Shown piece after piece: positions 53,069-64,000 of a DNA stretch of 64,000 bases. Source of the stretch: Macrostomum lignano (lineage: Eukaryota); assembly GCA_002269645.1 (NCBI GenBank), contig NIVC01000646.1, positions 310,001 to 374,000 of the forward strand, read 5' to 3'. The notes under the pieces are model-generated. The model made no database searches. It saw only the letters and a list, made by a program, of their open reading frames with translations, and was not told the origin of the DNA. Position 1 is the stretch's first letter. The number at the start of each line of letters is the position of its first letter. The translations under genes and the position numbers were made by a program.

Positions 53069-53814
53069 TCATGGTCGAGAGTGGCGTGACCAGCTGCTCC
53101 CCCCGCCATCAGTCTTATGAATTGTAAAGTTCATAAATAGATTTGTAAAGCCCAACACAGATAGCTGGGCTCGAATCCGGGTCATCTCCTCGGCTTCAAC
53201 ACGGTGATAAAGTTCCGAGCAAAAGTTAAAAAAGCGATAGAAGCGAGAAAAGCCTGCACTGGATCCGGCCCAAAGCGTAATTTTTTTTCGCTACATTCCG
53301 CCATTAACCCGCCATTCCTGTGGAGCCCGCATTCGAAACATAAGGCAATAGTACGAGTAAAAGCAGCCGCTTTCTTCTTTATGATCGCAGAAATTTGAAT
53401 GCTGATATGTTTCTATTTTAGGCCGGGTTGTTGTCGCTGTATAAATTTCTATTGCATAAACTTGATGCCTGATTTTGCCTGTACGAGCTAAAAAAGTTCA
53501 GTCGAGGTCAACTAGAAATGCTCGTATTCGTATTGACAGAACCAATGCAGCCGTGTGTTTTGCTGCTTATCTAAGTAGCGGGGTTTTCATCTGGCCGGAT
53601 CGGCCCCGCGCCCTTCGATACCACATAATTACACTATTCGTATTTATTATCGAGTCGTATGTGCTGACAAATGTGTGTTGATAAGCTGCGCCTCTTTAAC
53701 TGAACTCTTGATAAATAGCCTGCTATTGCTGCTGCTGTCTGTTTATGGCATGCCCGAATGGCTGTGTTTTTTCGGTTAACTTTTTGCCTACTTTGTTGTC
53801 TGGCTGACTGCATG

Positions 53815-53956
53815 TCTGTCTGTGTCTCTCTTAGTGTCTGTCTTAGTGTCTGTCTTAGTGTCTATCTTAGTGTCTGTTTTAGTGTCTGTCTTAGTGTCTG
53901 TCTTAGTGTCTGTGTTAGTGTCTGTCTGTCTGTCTTAGTGTCTCTCTCTGTCTTAG

Positions 53957-53993
<37 letters not shown>

Positions 53994-54822
53994 TAGTGTC
54001 TGTCTGTCTTAGTGTCTGTCTTAGTGTCTGTCTGTCTTAGTGTCTGTGTTAGTGTCTATCTTAGTGTCTGTCTTAGTGTCTGTGTTAGTGTCTATCTTAG
54101 TGTCTGTGTTAGTGTCCGTCTCTCTGTCTTAGTGTCTCTCTTAGTGTCTGTCTTAGTGTCTCTCTTAGTGTCTGTCTTAGTGTCTGTCTTAGTGTCTGTG
54201 TTAGTGTCCGTCTCTCTGTCTTAGTGTCGCTCTTAGTGTCTGTCTTAGTGTCTCTCTGTCTTAGTGTCTCTCTTAGTGTCTGTCTTAGTGTCTGTCTTAG
54301 TGTCCGTCTCTCTGTCTTAGTGTCTCTCTTAGTGTCTGTCTTAGTGTCTCTCTTAGTGTCTGTCTTAGTGTCTGTCTTAGTGTCTGTGTTAGTGTCCGTC
54401 TCTCTGTCTTAGTGTCGCTCTTAGTGTCTGTCTTAGTGTCTCTCTGTCTTAGTGTCTCTCTTAGTGTCTGTCTTAGTGTCTCTCTTAGTGTCTGTCTTAG
54501 TGTCTCTCTTAGTGTCTGTCTTAGTGTCTCTCTTAGTGTCTGTCTTAGTGTCTGTCTTAGTGTCTGTCTTAGTGTCTGTCTTAGTGTCTGTCTTAGTGTC
54601 TGTCTTAGTGTCTGTCTTAGTGTCTGTCTTAGTGTCTGTCTTAGTGTCTGCCTTAGTGTCTCTCTTAGTGTCTGTCTTAGTGTCTGTGTTAGTGTCCGTC
54701 TGTCTGTCTTAGTGTCTGTCTGTCTTAGTGTCTGTGTTAGTGTCCGTCTGTCTGTCTTAGTGTCTGTCTGTCTGCCTGCCTGCCTGCCTGTCTATCTGCC
54801 TGCCTGTCTGTCTGTCTGTCTT
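53815..54822. repeat. 12-bp repeat (TTAGTGTCTGTC)n grading into (TCTG)n/(CCTG)n
   Basis: Directly visible. Confidence 0.95.
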
Positions 54823-55043
54823 TGTTGATGTGTCACTATATGTACAAAACAATGATAATCGCCCCGATCTTTATTTCTGTATTATTTACTATTACTATTT
54901 ACTTTGCATTCTCAGATGGTCAATAATTATTGCGAGAATATAATAACTGTATGATTACTTCTTACGAGTATTGCTCCGGTCATGTCCATAAGCCAATGGT
55001 TGCAGTGCATATCAAGAAGCCTCTCCCACCGACCCTTCCCCAG

Positions 55044-55187
55044 GCCCCACGAGCTCCGCCTTGGCCAACACATTCGGCTGCCGGCCCATCATTATGCTGG
55101 GCGCCGCGGCCTCCGCTGCCGTCTTCTGCGGGGCATCCTTTGTCACCAACTATTATGCATTCGTGTTCGTGTTCGGCGTCCTTGGCG
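55044..55187 (+). CDS. SLC16/MCT exon 2
   Basis: CCCCAG acceptor and GTGAGT donor; 144 nt, phase 1-1. Reads GPTSSALANTFGCRPIIMLG...FGVLG, the MCT TM3-4 region. Missed by the ORF track in this frame. Confidence 0.9.
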
Positions 55188-55219
55188 GTGAGTCGCTCGT
55201 CATGTGTACTGTTGACTGA

Positions 55220-57880
55220 TATCTGTCACTGATTTATGTGGATCTGTCACTCAAGTTCTAGTAAATCTGTCACTCTGGATCATGTAGATCTGTCACTCAG
55301 GTTCTAGTAAATCTGTCACTCTGGTTCCTGTAGGTCTGTCACTCAGGTTCTAGTAAATCTGTCACTCTGGTTCATGTAGGTCTGTCACTCAGGTTCTAGT
55401 AAATCTGTCACTCTGGTTCATGTAGGTCTGTCACTCTGATTCTAGTAAATCTATCACTCAGGTTCTAGTAAATCTGTCACTCTGGTTCATGTAGGTCTGT
55501 CACTCAGGTTCTAGTAAATCTGTCACTTTGGTTCATGTAGGTCTGTCACTCAGGTTCTAGTAAATCTGTCACTCTGGTTCATGTAGGTCTGTCACTCAGG
55601 TTCTAGTAAATCTGTCACTCTGGTTCATGTAGATCTGTCACTCATTTTCTAGTAAATCTGTCACTTTGGTTCATGTAGGTCTGTCACTCAGGTTCTAGTA
55701 AATCTGTCACTCTGGTTCATGTAGGTCTGTCACTCAGGTTCTAGTAAATCTGTCACTCTGGTTCATGTAGGTCTGTCACTCAGGTTCTAGTAAATCTGTC
55801 ACTTTGGTTCATGTAGGTCTGTCACTCAGGTTCTAGTAAATCTGTCACTCTGGTTCATGTAGGTCTGTCACTCTGATTCTAGTAAATCTATCACTCAGGT
55901 TCTAGTAAATCTGTCACTTTGGTTCATGTAGGTCTGTCACTCAGGTTCTAGTAAATCTGTCACTTTGGTTCATGTAGGTCTGTCACTCAGGTTCTAGTAA
56001 ATCTGTCACTCTGGTTCATGTAGGTCTGTCACTCAGGTTCTAGTAAATCTGTCACTCTGGTTCATGTAGATCTGTCACTCATTTTCTAGTAAATCTGTCA
56101 CTTTGGTTCATGTAGGTCTGTCACTCAGGTTCTAGTAAATCTGTCACTCTGGTTCATGTAGGTCTGTCACTCAGGTTCTAGTAAATCTGTCACTCTGGTT
56201 CATGTAGGTCTGTCACTCAGGTTCTAGTAAATCTGTCACTCTGGTTCATGTAGGTCTGTCACTCAGGTTCTAGTAAATCTGTCACTCTGGTTCATGTAGG
56301 TCTGTCACTCAGGTTCTAGTAAATCTGTCACTCTGGTTCATGTAGGTCTGTCACTCAGGTTCTAGTAAATCTGTCACTTTGGTTCATGTAGGTCTGTTAC
56401 TCAGGTTCTAGTAAATCTGTCACTCTGGTTCATGTAGGTCTGTCACTCTGATTCTAGTAAATCTATCACTCAGGTTCTAGTAAATCTGTCACTTTGGTTC
56501 ATGTAGGTCTGTCACTCAGGTTCTAGTAAATCTGTCACTTTGGTTCATGTAGGTCTGTCACTCAGGTTCTAGTAAATCTGTCACTCTGGTTCATGTAGGT
56601 CTGTCACTCAGGTTCTAGTAAATCTGTCACTCTGGTTCATGTAGATCTGTCACTCATTTTCTAGTAAATCTGTCACTTTGGTTCATGTAGGTCTGTCACT
56701 CAGGTTCTAGTAAATCTGTCACTCTGGTTCATGTAGGTCTGTCACTCAGGTTCTAGTAAATCTGTCACTCTGGTTCATGTAGGTCTGTCACTCAGGTTCT
56801 AGTAAATCTGTCACTCTGGTTCATGTAGGTCTGTCACTCTGATTCTAGTAAATCTATCACTCAGGTTCTAGTAAATCTGTCACTTTGGTTCATGTAGGTC
56901 TGTCACTCAGGTTCTAGTAAATCTGTCACTCTGGTTCATGTAGGTCTGTCACTCAGGTTCTAGTAAATCTGTCACTCTGGTTCATGTAGGTCTGTCACTC
57001 AGGTTCTAGTAAATCTGTCACTCTGGTTCATGTAGATCTGTCACTCATTTTCTAGTAAATCTGTCACTTTGGTTCATGTAGGTCTGTCACTCAGGTTCTA
57101 GTAAATCTGTCACTCTGGTTCATGTAGATCTGTCACTCTGATTCTAGTAAATCTATCACTCAGGTTCTAGTAAATCTGTCACTTTGGTTCATGTAGGTCT
57201 GTCACTCAGGTTCTAGTAAATCTGTCACTTTGGTTCATGTAGGTCTGTCACTCAGGTTCTAGTAAATCTGTCACTCTGGTTCATGTAGGTCTGTCACTCT
57301 GATTCTAGTAAATCTATCACTCAGGTTCTAGTAAATCTGTCACTTTGGTTCATGTAGGTCTGTCACTCAGGTTCTAGTAAATCTGTCACTTTGGTTCATG
57401 TAGGTCTGTCACTCAGGTTCTAGTAAATCTGTCACTCTGGTTCATGTAGATCTGTCACTCATTTTCTAGTAAATCTGTCACTTTGGTTCATGTAGGTCTG
57501 TCACTCAGGTTCTAGTAAATCTGTCACTCTGGTTCATGTAGGTCTGTCACTCAGGTTCTAGTAAATCTGTCACTCTGGTTCATGTAGGTCTGTCACTCAG
57601 GTTCTAGTAAATCTGTCACTCTGGTTCATGTAGATCTGTCACTCTGGTTCATTTAGATCTGTCACTCACTTTGATGCGTCACTCTTGTTCACACAAATGT
57701 GTCACTCTGACTCACATAAATGTGTCACTCTGACTCACATAAATGTGTCACTCTGACACATAAATATGTCACTCTGACTCACATAAATATGTCACTCTGA
57801 CTCACATAAATGTGTCACTCTGGTTCGCGTGAATGTGTCGCTCTGGTTTACATGAATGAGCCACTCCAACTCACATGAAT
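55220..57880. repeat. 46-bp (2 x 23) satellite with higher-order structure, decaying into a 23-bp variant after about 57660
   Basis: Alternating TCTGTCACTCAGGTTCTAGTAAA and TCTGTCACTCTGGTTCATGTAGG. Confidence 0.97.
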
Positions 57881-58524
57881 GTGCCATTATGTTTCACCGG
57901 TATCGTGTCACATATAAATAGGTAACTGAAGCAAAACAGTTCGGAACCCTAGTACGCTTAGTTCTTATCTTAAGCGCCTGTTCCCAGTTCTGTCTGCTTT
58001 CAGTGCTAGTGCACTTTTTAGTACGTACGCGTACAGTTTATAAAAGTGAACTAAAGCCTACTGTTAGTAGTTTAGATTATATATTATGGCACCAGCCTAC
58101 TAGGCTAGATTTAACAGTGTAAAATGCTCTTTTCTGCTATGCTACTCGTAATGTACTTTTAATTGTGTTCAGTCCCAGTCCGGGCGTTGGTTCGATTTCC
58201 CATGTGCCGTTCTCTTTTCATTCTCCTCCTCCTCTCTCAGTGACTGCCATGTCGGAACTAGCTATTTAAGCCTAATTAATTAATTGCCCGACTGTCAAAT
58301 GGCTTCTGTGTGTTGCTATCTGCTTCTCCCGCATCTTTTTGTGTGCCATCCTGTCGTTTCGCGTTTTTGTTAACTGAAAATTAATCCAAATTTGCATAAG
58401 ATAAAAGATGAAAATTAATGTTTAGCAACTCTCTGTTGGACGCTTGTAGGAAAATAAATTTATTACCTGTGTCCTTCTGTTCAGTTGAAATATAATTTTT
58501 CTCACCCTTCTCTTTGCTCTACTT

Positions 58525-59575
58525 ATATCTACTCTCCTTCCCTCCATTCTTCACCCTCCATCTCCTCTCCCCTCCCAATTCTTCACCCTCCATCTCTCCA
58601 TTCTTCACCCTCCATCACCCCCTCTTCACCCTCCATCTCCTCCCCCTCTTCACCCTCCTTCACCCTCCATCTCCTCTCAACTCTTCACCCTCCATCACCT
58701 CCCCCCTTTTCACCCTCCATCTCCTCTCAACTCTTCACCCTCCATCACCCCCCTTTTCACCTCCATCTCCTCTCAACTCTTCACCCTCCATCACCTCCCC
58801 CCTCTTCACCCTCCATCTCCTCCCCTCTTCACCCTCCTTCACCCTCCATCTCCTCTCAACTCTTCACCCTCCATCACCTCCCCCCTCTTCACCCTTCATC
58901 TCCTCTCAACTCTTCAACATCTATCTCCTCCCCCCTCTTCACCCTCCATCTCCTCTCACCTCCTCACCCTCCATCTTCTCTCCCCTCGTCACCCTCCACC
59001 CCCCTCAATTCTTCACCCTCCATCTCCTCTCCCCTCTTCACCCTCCATCTCCTCTCAACTCTTCACCCTCCATCTCCTCTCCCTTCTTCACCCTCCATCT
59101 CCTCTCCCCTCTTCACCCTCCATCTCCTCTCAACTCTTCACCCTCCATCTCCTCTCCCTTCTTCACCCTCCATCTCCTCTCAACTCTTCACCCTCCATCT
59201 CCTCTCAACTCTTCACCCTCCATCTCCTCTCAACTCTTCACCCTCCATCTCCTCTCAACTCTTCACCCTCCATCTCCTCTCAACTCTTCACCCTCCATCT
59301 GCTCTCAACTCTTCACCCTCCATCTCCTCTCAACTCTTCACCCTCCATCTCCTCTCAACTCTTCACCCTCCATCTCCTCTCAACTCTTCACCCTCCATCT
59401 CCTCTCAACTCTTCACCCTCCATCTGCTCTCAACTCTTCACCCTCCATCTCCTCTCAACTCTTCACCCTCCATCTCCTCTCAACTCTTCACCCTCCATCT
59501 CCTCTCAACTCTTCACCCTCCATCTCCTCTCAACTCTTCACCCTCCATCTCCTCTTCCCTCTTCACCCTCCATCA
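58525..59575. repeat. 25-bp pyrimidine-rich minisatellite (CTCTTCACCCTCCATCTCCTCTCAA)
   Basis: Directly visible. Confidence 0.95.
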
Positions 59576-60084
59576 CATGGGCGGAGTCTCCTGAGAGAAA
59601 TGCATTGTGTTCATTTTCTATAACTATTTTGCTCAGAGCTGTCCCATACGCAGCTAGCTGGGTAGACTACAAAAATTATCAAATGTACGCAATTTTAATC
59701 AGCTCCCATAGAATAGGAAATAAATTTACACATTAGTTTAACACTCGCCAGTATTTCACATTGGTAGCTCATGGTTTGTACTAAACTAGTTCATCCATTT
59801 GGGCTGGCATAGCTGCCGCTAAACCTCGTATTTATGCGCCGGCTGTGCAATTTGATAGCAAACCTCCCGTCACAAACAGATGTGGGAGGCTCGCTAGAGT
59901 GAATAAAAAACTGCCATATATACTGAAGTATTGTATTACAGCATAGACTGCGCCAGCCATGATAAAAACATTGGATTGCTTATGCCCCTGCTTTTCAAAC
60001 CAGATATTGTCTATAAATAGCTGATTTGTCCTCTTTTTGTTGACTTCGAATTCCCAGCATACAAGCTGTACTCTGCTCGCGTCT

Positions 60085-60087
60085 GCC

Positions 60088-60140
<53 letters not shown>

Positions 60141-60235
60141 GGCTGGCTGGCTGCCTGCCTGTCTGTCTGTCTGTCTGTCTGTCTGTCTGGCTGGCTGCCT
60201 GCCTGCCTGTCTGTCTGTCTGTCTGCCTGTCTGCC

Positions 60236-60296
<61 letters not shown>

Positions 60297-60387
60297 GCCT
60301 GTCTGCCTGTCTGTCTGTCTGTCTGTATGTCTGTCTGTCTGTGTGTCTGTCTGTGTGTGTGTCTGTCTGTCTGTCTGTATGTCTGTG

Positions 60388-60448
<61 letters not shown>

Positions 60449-60480
60449 GTCTGGCTGTCTGTCTGGCTGTCTGTCTCAGT
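60085..60480. repeat. (TCTG)n/(CCTG)n microsatellite just upstream of MCT exon 3
   Basis: Directly visible. Confidence 0.95.
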
Positions 60481-60513
60481 GTCTGTAGCCGTCCACCCCG
60501 GCTCCGCCCGCAG

Positions 60514-60872
60514 GCGCCAGCCTAGGCCTAGTCTACCTGCCAGCCGTAGTCACTGTCGGCTTCTGGTTCGAGCGTCGACGAGCCATCGCCACCGGCATCG
60601 GCGTCTGCGGCAGTGGCGTCGGCACGGCCGCCGTAGCCCTGGCCACCGATCAGCTGGTCGACCAGCTGACCTGGCGAGGCGCCCTCATGGTGCTGGCCGG
60701 TGTGCTGCTCAACTGCGCCGTCGCCGGCTCCCTGCTGATGCCGCTGGATCGCTACTACGACATCCTGGCTAAGCGGGAGCTGCGCCGGCTGGCCCGCGGC
60801 GAGCCGCGCGTCAAGGGGAACATCATGCGGAAGCTGGTGGAGAATAAGAAGCGTGAGAGAAATATTAGCCAG
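60514..60872 (+). CDS. SLC16/MCT exon 3
   Basis: CCCGCAG acceptor, phase 1. Reads GASLGLVYLPAVVTVGFWFERRRAIATGIGVCGSGVG...TWRGALMVLAGVLLNCAVAGSLLMPL, the MCT TM5-6 motifs. Phase-0 donor CAG|GTGAGC. Confidence 0.92.
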
Positions 60873-60934
60873 GTGAGCGGTGGGCGACTTTTTGTGCGCG
60901 GCCTTAAAATTTAAATTTTAGCAATTAGAACCGG

Positions 60935-61530
60935 TCCTCAGATTCCCCATAATCCAGTCCTCAGATTACCCATGAGCCAGTCCTGAAATTCCTCATAAGT
61001 AAGCCAGTCCTTAGATTCCTCTCTAGCCAATCTTCAGATTCCACTCTAGCCAATCCTCAGATTTCCCAGGAGTCAGTCCTCAGATTCCCCATAAGCCAGT
61101 GCTCAAATTCCCACTAGCCAGTGCTTAGATAGATTCCCCATAAGCCAGTCCTCAGATTCCTCTCTAGCCAATCTTCAGATTCCACTCTAGCCAATCCTCA
61201 GATTTCCCATGAGTCAGTCCTCAGATTCCCCACTAGCCAGTGCCCAAATTCCCCAGTAGCCAGTGCTCAGATTCCCCACTAGCCAGTCCTCAGATTCCCC
61301 ACTAGCCAGTCCTCAGATTCCCCACTAGCCAGTGCCCAAATTCCCCAGTAGCCAGTGCTCAGATTCCCCACTAGCCTGTCCTCAGATTCCCCATAAGCCA
61401 ATGCTCAGATTCCCCACTAACCAATGTTCAGATTCCCCACTAGCCAATGCTCAGATTCCCCACTATCCAATGCTCAGATTCCCCACTAGCCAATGCTTAA
61501 ATTCCCCACTAGCCCGTCCTTAGATTCCCC
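60935..61530. repeat. ~23-bp minisatellite (AGCCAGTCCTCAGATTCCCCACT) filling MCT intron 3
   Basis: Directly visible. Confidence 0.92.
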
Positions 61531-61579
61531 ATAAAACCGGTGCGCAGAGGCAGCCCTAATCTCTCACTAACCAACGCAG

Positions 61580-62167
61580 GGCTCCCTAAACGGCTGGATC
61601 ATCACTACGGCTAATCGGGTGGAGCCGCCGCCCCCAGACTTTGATGACCGGCCAATGCTCAGCATGGAGGCGATCCACCGCATAGCCGAGAATGTTCTGC
61701 GCAGGAAAACGCCCGGCTATTCTGCTGCGACAGCGGCTGCGGCTGCTTCCGGCGCAGGATCGCGTCGTTTAACTAGCAGGCACAGCTTCCTGGCCGAGGC
61801 GGCCGCCACAGCCAAGGGCAGCCTGTCTCAGCTGGCTGCTACCGTCAGAGGCGGAGGCGGCGGCGTCAGCGGCGTGAGCGGAGGCATTAGCGGCGGCGCA
61901 GGCGTCGGCGACTTCGCCCAAAGCCAAACTTCTCTAGCAGTCGGCGGCGTCAGCAGCAATGATCCGGCAGCGAATCAGCCGCATCTGGTCGGCGCGCCGC
62001 TGCAGCCGCACACGGCGCTCAATTCCGAAGTTCCGACGCCTGATCAATCGAATTTTGCGTCGGGCACGTCGCTAGCCGGCACGGCAACTTCGGTAGCTGG
62101 CGGGCCGGCGGCAATCAACGGGGCTGCGATGGCTCTGCTGAGCGGCTCGACTGAAATCACCGAGGAG
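61580..62167 (+). CDS. SLC16/MCT exon 4 (long low-complexity cytoplasmic loop between TM6 and TM7)
   Basis: AACGCAG acceptor, phase 0 and in frame with ORF 61619. Probable donor GAG|GTGGGC at 62167/62168. TM7-12 must lie beyond the window. Confidence 0.75.
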
Positions 62168-62214
62168 GTGGGCGCTCTAGCTATCTAGAGGGTACCTAGG
62201 CCATATTTGACAGT

Positions 62215-64000
62215 GAATGGTAGCATGGAGACCCTGAACAAAACAGTCACAGTGAACGGTAACATGGTGACCCTGAACAAAACAGTCACAGTGAACGGTA
62301 ACATGGTGACCCTGAACAAAACAGTCACAGTGAACGGTAACATGGTGACCCTGAACAAAACAGTCACAGTGAACGGTAACATGGTGACCCTGAACAAAAC
62401 AGTCACAGTGAACGGTAACATGGTGACCCTGAACAAAACAGTCACAGTGAACGGTAGCATGGTGACCCTGAACAAAACAGTCACAGTGAACGGTAACATA
62501 GTGACCCTGAACAAAACAGTCACAGTGAACGGTAGCATGGTGACCCTGAACAAAACAGTCACAGTGCACGGTAACATGGTGACCCTGAACAAAACAGTCA
62601 CAGTGAACGGTAGCATGGTGACCCTGAACAAAACAGTCACAGTGAACGGTAACATAGTGACCCTGAACAAAACAGTCACAGTGAACGGTAGCATGGTGAC
62701 CCTGAACAAAACAGTCACAGTGAACGGTAGCATTGAGACCCTTAACAAAACAGTCACAGTGAACGGTAGCATGGTGACCCTGAACAAAACAGTCACAGTG
62801 AACGGTAGCATTGAGACCCTTAACAAAACAGTCACAGTAAACGGTAGCATGGTGACCCTGAACAAAACAGTCACAGTGAACGGTAACATAGTGACCCTGA
62901 ACAAAACAGTCACAGTGAACGGTAGCATTGAGACCCTTAACAAAACAGTCACAGTAAACGGTAGCATGGTGACCCTGAACAAAACAGTCACAGTGAACGG
63001 TAACATAGTGACCCTGAACAAAACAGCCACAGTGAACGGTAGCATGGTGACCCTGAACAAAACAGTCACAGTGAACGGTAGCATTGAGACCCTTAACAAA
63101 ACAGTCACAGTAAACAGTAGCATGGTGACCCTGAACAAAACAGTCACAGTGAACGGTAACATAGTGACCCTGAACAAAACAGTCACAGTAAACGGTAGCA
63201 TGGTGACCCTGAACAAAACAGTCACAGTAAACGGTAGCATGGTGACCCTGAACAAAACAGCCACAGTGAACGGTAGCATGGTGACCCTGAACAAAACAGT
63301 CACAGTGAACGGTAGCATTGAGACCCTTAACAAAACAGTCACAGTGAACGGTAGCATGGTGACCCTGAACAAAACAGTCACAGTGAACGGTAGCATGGTG
63401 ACCCTGAACAAAACAGTCACAGTGAACGGTAGCATGGTGACCCTGAACAAAACAGTCACAGTGAACGGTAGCATGGTGACACTGAACAAAACAGTCACAG
63501 TAAACGGTAGCATGGTGACCCTGAACAAAACAGTCACAGTGAACGGTAGCATGGTGACCCTGAACAAAACAGTCACAGTAAACGGTAACATGGTGACCCT
63601 GAACAAAACAGTCACAGTGAACGGTAGCATGGTGACACTGAACAAAACAGTCACAGTAAACGGTAGCATGGTGACCCTGAACAAAACAGTCACAGTGAAC
63701 GGTAGCATGGTGACCCTGAACAAAACAGTCACAGTGAACGGTAACATGGTGACCCTGAACAAAACAGTCACAGTGAACGGTAGCATGGTGACCCTGAACA
63801 AAACAGTCACAGTGCACGGTAGCATGGTGACCCTGAACAAAACAGTAACAGTAAACGGTAGCATGGTGACCCTGAACAAAACAGTCACAGTGCACGGTAG
63901 CATGGTGACCCTGAACAAAACAGTAACAGTAAACGGTAGCATGGTGACCCTGAACAAAACAGTCACAGTGAAAGGTAGCATGGTGACCCTGAACAAAACG
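62215..64000. repeat. 39-bp minisatellite (GACCCTGAACAAAACAGTCACAGTGAACGGTAGCATGGT)
   Basis: Directly visible; the ORFs have a 13-aa period; runs off the window edge. Confidence 0.97.

Noticed and set aside
58485-59623. Two 369-aa Ser/Pro/Leu/His ORFs
   Set aside because: 25-bp intronic minisatellite between MCT exons whose phases already match.
62177-63996. 572-aa Cys/His-rich (metal-binding-like) and 603-aa hydrophobic ORFs
   Set aside because: A 39-bp unit is a multiple of 3, so stop-free frames arise trivially; antisense to the MCT intron with no supporting signals.

Overview
Eukaryotic, intron-rich and extremely repeat-rich genomic DNA. The organism is inferred to be a free-living flatworm, most likely Macrostomum (GC-rich exons with poly-Ala/Gly/Gln, dense simple repeats, and a spliced-leader-like motif). 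Three + strand genes can be rebuilt from splice sites: the last two exons of an Islet LIM-homeobox gene (1605-4343), a complete 3-exon Dachsous-type protocadherin (15306-30163, 2912 aa), and the first four exons of an SLC16/MCT transporter (51348-62167, continuing past the window). A frameshifted multi-exon gene of unknown type probably lies on the - strand at about 36.3-40 kb. Mobile DNA comprises five copies of a tRNA-headed CORE-like SINE, a 5'-truncated RTE-type LINE, a deleted Harbinger element, a hAT-type MITE, a Mutator-type MITE and two foldback elements with 9-bp TSDs. Most long ORFs in the supplied track are artefacts of tandem repeats. The most notable observations are: (1) a spliced-leader-RNA-like sequence inside a Dachsous intron; (2) a 2.3-kb satellite that is one hugely expanded arm of a foldback transposon; (3) a roughly 8-kb domain stripped of CpG, with direct CpG-deamination evidence, pointing to local germline cytosine methylation; (4) a Harbinger derivative that keeps the 5' ends of both of its convergent genes.
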